A stretch of DNA of 36,189 nt, taken from contig CAZSAD010000015.1 in the NCBI GenBank assembly GCA_964604995.1, forward strand, positions 1 through 36,189, written 5' to 3'. The position numbers and the translations under genes are program-made. Shown in pieces: positions 1 to 7,653 of this stretch. The number at the start of each line of letters is the position of its first letter. The first letter of the stretch is position 1. Source of the stretch: an uncultured Methanosarcinales archaeon. GTDB lineage: Archaea > Nanobdellota > Nanobdellia > Woesearchaeales > JABMPP01. The notes below the pieces were generated by a model. That model had not been told where the DNA came from, did no database searches, and saw only the letters and a program-made list of their open reading frames with translations.

Positions 1-2448
1 ATTGCCTGAATTTTTTGGTTTATATCCAACTTGACAAGTGCAAATTTGAGGATTCAATCCACAATTTTCATTATAATTTCTAACTCTGCATTTATTTGTT
101 GTAGATTCACAAACCTTCTCAGGTTTACCACAAGTTGCACAATCATCGTCTGTTAAACACTCTACGATTGTTATTTGATGTTTTACATTGCCATTACTAA
201 CATCACTTTGCTTCCCCCATCCAAATCCATTATAATCCTTAAAATTATAATTACTTCCAATTAAACTCTCAACTCCTATCAAAGTATTGTTCAAAAGAGT
301 CAATGGTAAATCACATTCAAGAAGAATTTCTTTTTTCATTGTTACTTCTTCATTTGGCTGAAGCAATCTTGTTGGTTCAAAATTTAATTGTTTTGTCCAC
401 AAATTAGTTGAACTATACGGATCAAAAGGATAAGTGCAATGTTTAACTACATTATTCCCGGCAGGATTTTTTGTTGTCAAATTAAGACACCATAAATGAT
501 AAGACCAAGGAATATTATTATTATTATTATTTTTTATTCCATACCTTATTTGCAAAGTGTGTCCTAAAGCAATTTTTGTAGAGCTTAAATTATATTTATC
601 GGTAAAATTAACACCAGTTATAGTTGGATTTAATTGCTCACAACTTCCACTGCTAGGATATGTTGCACTTCCAGAGCAAATAGAAGATTCACCACATCTT
701 GTAAATACATTTGATTGCAAAGAAGTTAAATCAAAATTATAAATATTATTTGTTATAGTATAACTTGAAGTTCCTGTTCTTATTGTTGCACCACCATTTT
801 GAGATGATCCACCACTTTTATTTGTTTCACAAATAGTTTTAAAGATATCTCCATCATTTATATTATCATTGTCATTATCATTTGACCAACTTTGATCAGC
901 ACATCCATAAAACTTGGTACCACTTTCAGTTCCAGTGCAAACACCATATTCTGTGCCATTATGTGCAATTGCACCACAAACATCCCCATTTGCACCATTA
1001 CATGGTCTGCATTCTCCACCTAGATTATTTGCATCTCCTAAACTTCCATCTCCATCTACATCAACACAAAAATCAGTTATACTTTTGCATCCTGAACCAG
1101 CATAACATTTACTTCCTGTAATTCTCATATCTTCACAAGAAGATTGCCCGTCTTTACATTCACTTGAACTAGGCAAAGGATTGGAAGCTGAATAACCTTC
1201 AGGTGATAAACAAATATTATTTGGGGGGGTTATTCCAGTAGTTGGGGCATAATTACATTTTCCAACTCCATCACAATAACCAAGTGATGGCATTTTAAAA
1301 TCTGAATTGTTATAACCATCTATACCTCCAATTGAATTCGAGCAAAGATAATCATTATTTCCAGTACATTGAATTAAAGGAGTATTTGGTTTAAAATTAC
1401 ATTCTTTTCCAATTGTTACAGCATCACACGTAACACATTGAGAACTAGTGCCTGGTTGACTATTAGTACAATTATTTATATTACTACAACAAATTTTGCC
1501 ATTTGGTCCAACTTTACCAAAACAAGCAGGATCTTCACAATCTTGTTTGCCATTACCATCTTCATCTCCAACTACTAAACAATTTTCATTAGGGAGAGAA
1601 CCACAGTTTGCATTTACTTTACCAGGATTTTGTGTGCACGTGCTTGGGCATTTACATTTTTCTCCAGTGTGATCTCCACAAGTAGTACAATCTGATGCAA
1701 CAACACAGCCTTCATAAGGTGTTCTATCCCCACCAACACAAATAGAATCCTGTTCACAATTTGTTTGTAAAGGTATAGCTCCGTCACATGTTAATCCTGA
1801 ACCATCACATCCTCCTGTAGCACATAGCTCGGGATTACGCAGACAACATTTTTGTCGATACTCATCTATACATTCTTGGTTGGTATAACAGTCTCTAGCA
1901 GGTTCCATCACTGTACAAGTTCCTTTTACTCCCGTATTACATGAATAAGAATCATAACAATCTGTAATACCCAAACTCTTATCACATTTAGTATTGCTAA
2001 TTATGGGAGGTGTTGAACTACAAACCCCATTATTACATCCAGCTGAACATATCTCACTTGAACATCCTTCTTCATAGGGGGTGCAGATATCTGAACATAC
2101 ATAACCTGCACCAGTTCCATAATGAAATCCAGTAGCATACATACTTCCTGCACACAAAACGCTAAAACCAGGTTCATTAACAGGTGTTAATCCTTCTATG
2201 TTAAATTTTATTACTCCACAAGAATTAGAGAGCTTAGTTGCTAACACTCTTGGCCCATCCAGAAGAGTACATTGTTGGTTAGTTGTTAATCCATAAACAG
2301 TTGCATAATATCCATTAGAACAACCACTTGATCGTAAATATTCTGGAAAAACAGCAGCCCCTAAACTTAAATTCACAAAGAAAATAAACATGATAAAATA
2401 TATACTAAACTTCCACTCTTTTTTTAAATTATTAAACTTCTGTCCCAC
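1..2448 (-). CDS. Large secreted cysteine-rich surface protein (partial, runs off the window edge; absent from the ORF track)
   Basis: Hand translation gives an open frame from GTG at 2448 (GGTGA RBS just upstream) to base 1, 816 codons with no stop. It starts MGQKFNNLKKEWKFSIYFIMFIFFVNLSLGA (signal peptide) and has about 70 Cys plus DxDGxG-type acidic motifs. Confidence 0.92.
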   Translation of the reverse strand, partial: MGQKFNNLKKEWKFSIYFIMFIFFVNLSLGAAVFPEYLRSSGCSNGYYATVYGLTTNQQCTLLDGPRVLATKLSNSCGVIKFNIEGLTPVNEPGFSVLCAGSMYATGFHYGTGAGYVCSDICTPYEEGCSSEICSAGCNNGVCSSTPPIISNTKCDKSLGITDCYDSYSCNTGVKGTCTVMEPARDCYTNQECIDEYRQKCCLRNPELCATGGCDGSGLTCDGAIPLQTNCEQDSICVGGDRTPYEGCVVASDCTTCGDHTGEKCKCPSTCTQNPGKVNANCGSLPNENCLVVGDEDGNGKQDCEDPACFGKVGPNGKICCSNINNCTNSQPGTSSQCVTCDAVTIGKECNFKPNTPLIQCTGNNDYLCSNSIGGIDGYNNSDFKMPSLGYCDGVGKCNYAPTTGITPPNNICLSPEGYSASNPLPSSSECKDGQSSCEDMRITGSKCYAGSGCKSITDFCVDVDGDGSLGDANNLGGECRPCNGANGDVCGAIAHNGTEYGVCTGTESGTKFYGCADQSWSNDNDNDNINDGDIFKTICETNKSGGSSQNGGATIRTGTSSYTITNNIYNFDLTSLQSNVFTRCGESSICSGSATYPSSGSCEQLNPTITGVNFTDKYNLSSTKIALGHTLQIRYGIKNNNNNNIPWSYHLWCLNLTTKNPAGNNVVKHCTYPFDPYSSTNLWTKQLNFEPTRLLQPNEEVTMKKEILLECDLPLTLLNNTLIGVESLIGSNYNFKDYNGFGWGKQSDVSNGNVKHQITIVECLTDDDCATCGKPEKVCESTTNKCRVRNYNENCGLNPQICTCQVGYKPKNSGN

Positions 2449-2500
2449 TTATTCACCCTATAATCCCAGTCGACTTTCTTTGAGTAACTCATGAGTAAGG

Positions 2501-2516
2501 TATATATAAATATTGC
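2501..2516 (-). promoter_or_regulatory. Putative archaeal BRE/TATA promoter of the Cys-rich gene
   Basis: Minus strand reads GCAATATTTATATATA about 55 nt upstream of the GTG at 2448. Confidence 0.5.
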
Positions 2517-2704
2517 GGTTAAGAATTTAAGTTTTCAATGAATTTAGCAATTAAAAAATTAAGTCATACTTATCATGTTGCTAAATTTTGCAAGATAATT
2601 TTTAATGATTAAAATTTTATGATTTCTATTGCAAAATTGATGACATTACTAAAAAAAAGTTTATTTAGCAAATCGCTTATCCAAACAAAAATTGTATCAA
2701 AGGT

Positions 2705-4105
2705 TTAAGACGAATAAACCAACACACCATTGGCAAAATAATTGTTTGATTCAGTGTTAAGGTCCCAAACATTTTCGCCCTTAACTTCACCAATTACTAT
2801 ATTTTTTACAACCTTAACTCCATTTACAGCAGTAATTTTATTGCCAATTTTTAATTTTTCCGCAGATACGATTCCTTCTGGAGTATAATACAAATGATTT
2901 GGCGTTGATTCAACAACAGAACCATCAGTGAACTCAATTGCATACTTTGGTAATTTACCATGCCATGTTTTCTGATATATATGTGTTACCCTAACTGGCA
3001 CTATTTTGCCATCAACAAAACCTGAGACATGTTCACCAGGTTTTACATCTTCAATATTCTTCTGAATGTCATTTGTCATCATAATAAGTGTCCCTTCAAT
3101 AAGGCATTTATTATGTACTAAGATATCATTGGCATAATAATCATGGGTTGTTGTCATAAGATTATAAACAACTCCTGTTTCAGAATAATCTCTGATTATA
3201 CTTACAATTGTTTCCTCGTTAATAACTCCATCGTTGAATGATTTTACTTTGTCTCCTGCTTTCAATTCAGCAACAGTTGTCCACCCTTTACCAACAACAT
3301 AGAATGGGTGGTTACTTGTTGCTTCCAAATATTTTCCATTACTAAATAAAATCTTGTCTAAAACACGGTTTTCTCCATTTTCTGTTCCATGTGCAAAGAC
3401 TTTTTGTATTACTGCTTCAACATTCTTGCCTGTTTTTTCATCCCAACCAATTATTCTGTCACCAACTACCAAATCCATAATTTGTTTTTGTGATTGGTCT
3501 AAAAGCAAGACTTTTGTATTACCTTTAAAACACACTGCATCACAAGGATACACGCTTTTATACACTTTACTATCAGTATCATCAATACACAAATAATAAT
3601 AGGTGTTCCCGTAGTTTCTATCCTCTAAATTAGTCATTTTAATGATGGAATTTTCAATATTAACAGGTTTTAATAATTTAATTTCATCTGTATGTAACTG
3701 TATAATATCATTCGCGTCTCCATCTATACTAAATACCATGGGTTTATTTGAAATGAATTGTGTTATTTCAATACTATCTCTAGAAAATGTGTCTATTGCA
3801 AAATTAATTTGATCTCTGCCAATAGCGAATCTATTTCCAGTGTACAAAGTACTTCCAATTTGCAAATCATTTTTAAGACCATTATTTATTCCAATACCCA
3901 TCCGTGTCGGTGATTGAACATAAATCTCTTTATTTGAAGAAGCATCTTTACCAATCAAATTTGAAACTACCATAGTCTTTGCTGAAAAATCATAGTTATT
4001 TCCCCAAATAATTTCACTTAATGGGTGCCCCTGAGGTGCAACAACACCAGAAATATTTATTGTTAAAATTATAAAAAACATTATCACCAATTTTTTTATA
4101 TTCAT
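2705..4105 (-). CDS. Secreted fibre-like protein with C-terminal tandem Hint-Hint (intein-like) domains
   Basis: Likely start is ATG 4105 (GGAG upstream; MNIKKLVIMFFIILTINISG signal peptide). Hint1 CFKGNT...TSNHPF...VYNL...YYANDILVHN at 3532..3110, then Lys, then Hint2 CLIEGT...TPNH...VWDL...NYFANGVLVYSS at 3106..2708. Confidence 0.9.
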   Translation of the reverse strand: MNIKKLVIMFFIILTINISGVVAPQGHPLSEIIWGNNYDFSAKTMVVSNLIGKDASSNKEIYVQSPTRMGIGINNGLKNDLQIGSTLYTGNRFAIGRDQINFAIDTFSRDSIEITQFISNKPMVFSIDGDANDIIQLHTDEIKLLKPVNIENSIIKMTNLEDRNYGNTYYYLCIDDTDSKVYKSVYPCDAVCFKGNTKVLLLDQSQKQIMDLVVGDRIIGWDEKTGKNVEAVIQKVFAHGTENGENRVLDKILFSNGKYLEATSNHPFYVVGKGWTTVAELKAGDKVKSFNDGVINEETIVSIIRDYSETGVVYNLMTTTHDYYANDILVHNKCLIEGTLIMMTNDIQKNIEDVKPGEHVSGFVDGKIVPVRVTHIYQKTWHGKLPKYAIEFTDGSVVESTPNHLYYTPEGIVSAEKLKIGNKITAVNGVKVVKNIVIGEVKGENVWDLNTESNNYFANGVLVYSS

Positions 4106-4244
4106 TTTTCCAAACTCCCAATGATTATTATTTAAAATAAATTGTTTATGTTGGCAATTCAAGAATTAAAAGTATATATATTTTTCTATATACTTTATTT
4201 TACTTTATTTAAATTTATTAATTATAAAATTAGGGATAAGGTTA

Positions 4245-4442
4245 TTATTGTTCCATATTGCGCCACTCTTCAACATTGGTTGCTTTCATTGTGCAGAATT
4301 TCTTTCCTTCCCAGAAAACCCAGCACTTATCTCCAAACTTATCATATCTTAAGCATCCAACACAAATAGGTGCGCCTGGTTGTTTTTGCTTTTCAGAAGA
4401 TTTTTCCTTTTCCTCTTTTTTTACAGTTTTCTTTTCTACCAT
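4245..4442 (-). CDS. Small Cys4 (possible metal-binding) hypothetical protein
   Basis: ATG 4442; Lys/Glu-rich N-terminus then CVGC-x8-C-x9-C; co-oriented downstream of metG. Confidence 0.7.
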   Translation of the reverse strand: MVEKKTVKKEEKEKSSEKQKQPGAPICVGCLRYDKFGDKCWVFWEGKKFCTMKATNVEEWRNMEQ

Positions 4443-4508
4443 AACTCTCAACTATCCTTAACTTGTATTTATTCTTTTTGATAAATCATCTAAATAATAA
4501 TAAATAAT

Positions 4509-6716
4509 TTATCTAACTTTAGCACCATCTTTTACTCTTTCAACTTTTATTTCTTCTTTATCAGTTTTAAAATTCTTGCCATCAAAAAATGGCTTACTTG
4601 AAAAAACTTTCATTTCTATTGTTTGAAAATCTTTAAAGCTAACTTCTTTTCCGGAAGCATCAGGTACAATCCCATCAACATAAACTTGATCTCCAGGATT
4701 ACTTTTTTCTGCAAAAAGAACTCCTACTTTTTCATCGTCCGATCCAGCTAAAAGCATAGCCTCACTTTCAATTCCTCTTAATTTATTCCTTTCAAGATTT
4801 GTTACAATGCAAAGTTTTTTTCCAACAAGTTCTTCAGGTGTGTAATGTGCTTTTAGACCACCAACAATTTGTCTTTTTTCAGTTCCTAAATTAATTTTTA
4901 TAACATAAAGCCTGTCAGCATTTGGATGATTCTCAACTGATAATACTTCTCCAATTTTTACATTTAAATTTCCAAATCCTAATTTACTTTCAGTTGCAAT
5001 CTCACTTTTTGAAATTTCCTTGTTCTCTTTAGTAGCATTCTCCATTTTCTTCACACCTTTAGTATCCAAACTTTCTTTTTTTACTTTCCCTTCTTCTTTT
5101 TCTTCTTCAATTTTTTTAATTATAATTGATGCACTATTTACTTTATGATTTTTTATGTTCTTATCCAAATCAGTCCATTGCATATCACTAAATCCAAATT
5201 GCAATTCGAGCTCTTTTGCAAAGTTTGGCATTATTGGTTTAATTAAAATTATCAAATCTTTTGCAATATTAGCAGCGCTACTAACAATTAAATGTGCTTT
5301 TTCTAATCCACCATCACTCTCTTTTGCAAGCTTCCAAGGAGCATTGTCCTGCAAATATTTATTTCCAATGCTTGATACTTGCAATATCTTTTTAACAGCT
5401 TCTCTAAAATCTAAATTAGAATAACTCTCTTTAATCCCTTCACAATTCACTTTAGCGTTTTTAATAATTTCTAAATCAAGTTCCTCTCCAATTTTTGAGT
5501 CGAAAACATTATTGAGCAAGCTTAATACCCTGTAAGTAAAATTTGCAATATTTGCAACTAATTCATTATTCACTCTATCATTAAAATCTTTAAAGCTTAA
5601 ATCGATATCGGCAAGTTTTCTGCTTAAATTAGATGCAAAATAATATCTTAAATATGCTGCATCATATTTTTGCAAAAAGTCTTTAGCAGTATAAAATGTT
5701 CCACGAGATTTAGACATCTTTTCACCATTCACTGTCAAAAATCCATGAACAGCCATGCTTTTTGGCAAATTAAATTCTGCCGTCATCAAAAGAGCTGGCC
5801 AGAAAAGAAAATGGAAATAAATAATATCTTTTCCAATAAAATGAATTATATCACAATCTTTGCTTTTCCAATAGTCTTTTTCAAAATCTAAATTATGCAA
5901 TCTTGAATAATTCAAAGTAGATGCAATATAACCAATTGGCGCATCAAGCCAGACATAATAATATTTATCGGCTTCACCAGGAATATTAAATCCAAAATAT
6001 GGTCCATCTCTTGATATGTCCCAATCTTTTAATCCTTCATTAATCCAATTAAAAACAAAATTTTTTACTTCATCTTGCAAATTATTATTTTCTTTAAGCC
6101 ATTTTTCAAGTTTATCTGACATGGCTGATAATTTGAAAAAATAATGTTTGCTAAATTTTTTTGTAGGTTTGCTTCCACAAATTATACATTTTGGATTGAT
6201 AAGATCAGTTGTATTATAAGCAGAATTGCATTTTTCACAAACATCCCCATATTGGTCTTCTGCTTGGCATTTTGGACAAGTGCCTTTTACAAATCTATCA
6301 GGCAAAAATCTTTTATCTTTTTCGCAGTATGTTAATTCAACATCTTTTGTGTAAATCAATCCTTTTTTATTTGCCATTTCAAAAAAATGATCTGCAAGTT
6401 TTCTGTTATCTTCTGAATTAGTAGAATAATAAGAATCAAAATTAATTTGGCAATCTCTAAAATCTTTAGTGTGCTCTTCAAAATATTTCGCAATAAGTTC
6501 TTCAGGGCTTATTCCTTGTTTAGCTGCATTGATTTGAATTGGTGCGCCATGAGTATCATCGGCACAACAATATATAGCATCTTCTCCGATTAATTTTAGA
6601 AATCTTACATAAATATCAGTTTGGATATATTCTACTAAATGTCCAATATGAATTGGACCATTAGCATAAGGCAAAGCAGATGTTACAAGTATTCGTTTAT
6701 GGTTTTTCTTGGTCAT
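4509..6716 (-). CDS. metG: Methionine--tRNA ligase with C-terminal tRNA-binding (OB-fold) domain
   Basis: ALPYANGPIHIGH (HIGH), Zn-knuckle CxxC pairs, YVWLDAPIGY, KMSKS, and C-terminal HPNADRLY...RQIVGGL tRNA-binding domain. Confidence 0.98.
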   Translation of the reverse strand: MTKKNHKRILVTSALPYANGPIHIGHLVEYIQTDIYVRFLKLIGEDAIYCCADDTHGAPIQINAAKQGISPEELIAKYFEEHTKDFRDCQINFDSYYSTNSEDNRKLADHFFEMANKKGLIYTKDVELTYCEKDKRFLPDRFVKGTCPKCQAEDQYGDVCEKCNSAYNTTDLINPKCIICGSKPTKKFSKHYFFKLSAMSDKLEKWLKENNNLQDEVKNFVFNWINEGLKDWDISRDGPYFGFNIPGEADKYYYVWLDAPIGYIASTLNYSRLHNLDFEKDYWKSKDCDIIHFIGKDIIYFHFLFWPALLMTAEFNLPKSMAVHGFLTVNGEKMSKSRGTFYTAKDFLQKYDAAYLRYYFASNLSRKLADIDLSFKDFNDRVNNELVANIANFTYRVLSLLNNVFDSKIGEELDLEIIKNAKVNCEGIKESYSNLDFREAVKKILQVSSIGNKYLQDNAPWKLAKESDGGLEKAHLIVSSAANIAKDLIILIKPIMPNFAKELELQFGFSDMQWTDLDKNIKNHKVNSASIIIKKIEEEKEEGKVKKESLDTKGVKKMENATKENKEISKSEIATESKLGFGNLNVKIGEVLSVENHPNADRLYVIKINLGTEKRQIVGGLKAHYTPEELVGKKLCIVTNLERNKLRGIESEAMLLAGSDDEKVGVLFAEKSNPGDQVYVDGIVPDASGKEVSFKDFQTIEMKVFSSKPFFDGKNFKTDKEEIKVERVKDGAKVR

Positions 6717-6798
6717 TTTTATTCACAATCTTTTAAAATAAGCTACAGTTTAAAAAATTATCCAGAATTTAGCATTTCATTATTTATCTTGCCTTTAA

Positions 6799-7572
6799 TT
6801 ATGAGCATTGATTAAGTTCACATGTAAATCCAGGTCTACAATCATCATCAAAATAACATTCTTTGCAAAATTTTACTTGATAATTTGTCTGATTAAAACT
6901 ACTAGTATATCCAATTACAGCTTCAAGTAATTTTCCACTTTTGCAATTTTCACAACTTTGTGTGCAAGGAGAAGTTGCATATTTAGATGTAATATAATCT
7001 TTTAGAGCATCATTTAGTTTTACGCAAAATCCTTCAAAACAAATAGGGTATTCTAATGAATCATCACACATTGAAGAATCAACACACTGATAATTACTTT
7101 TGAATTGTGTTACATTAACATTGTTTTTCGAGTTATTCGAAGTATTATTAGCAACTACTTTATTTGGTGTAGTAATATTTTGTTGGTTAATCAATTCAGG
7201 ATTTATTATTTTTCCGCCATCTGCTACTATTCCCTCAGTTCGATTTGCATCAATTGATTTCCAATACCAAGTAACTGCCAAAAGTAAAATAAAAACAATT
7301 CCAATAATTGTTCCCATTAGTAAATAATGGTGTTTTGAAGAATTATTTTCTTGTGAAAAATTTGATTGTTGTGAAGAGGATATTTTTGGGTTTTGAAAAT
7401 TTATATCGGATGTTGCATTTGTTTGATTAGTTGGTAAGTTTGCATATGTTATTGATTCACTTACTTCTTCTTTATTATAACCCTTAGAAACTAAATAAGA
7501 ATAAACATCCTTAGAACTATGACCTAAAGATTGCTGTGTTCTAATCCATTCTACTAACTGTGGATTTTTCAA
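6799..7572 (-). CDS. Single-pass membrane protein with Cys-rich extracellular C-terminus
   Basis: TTG start after GAGG; N-terminal helical domain, TM segment LLMGTIIGIVFILLLAVTWYW, Asn/Thr linker, Cys-rich tail. Confidence 0.8.
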   Translation of the reverse strand: MKNPQLVEWIRTQQSLGHSSKDVYSYLVSKGYNKEEVSESITYANLPTNQTNATSDINFQNPKISSSQQSNFSQENNSSKHHYLLMGTIIGIVFILLLAVTWYWKSIDANRTEGIVADGGKIINPELINQQNITTPNKVVANNTSNNSKNNVNVTQFKSNYQCVDSSMCDDSLEYPICFEGFCVKLNDALKDYITSKYATSPCTQSCENCKSGKLLEAVIGYTSSFNQTNYQVKFCKECYFDDDCRPGFTCELNQCS

Positions 7573-7653
7573 ACTAAACCTCTTTTTTTGAATTTATCAC
7601 AAAATTCTATTAATTTTATTAACATCAATTTTAATTATAAAATAATTAATATC

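Noticed and set aside
557..1121. Short plus-strand ORFs in the track (557, 882, 914)
   Set aside because: Antisense shadows of the long minus-strand Cys-rich ORF; the same applies to the other short ORFs overlapping long genes across the window.
1223..1229. G7 tract (and the AAT run near 512..531) as phase-variation sites
   Set aside because: Short, in frame, and explained by Thr-Pro-Pro and poly-Asn coding.
1..2448. Possible stop-codon recoding or pseudogene explaining the ORF-free region
   Set aside because: Hand translation shows no in-frame stops; the ORF simply leaves the window.
2708..3532. Canonical selfish inteins or a polymorphic-toxin PT-HINT locus
   Set aside because: No homing endonuclease, the +1 residue is Lys, there is no C-extein or toxin domain, and no obvious immunity gene; the hosts are secreted proteins.
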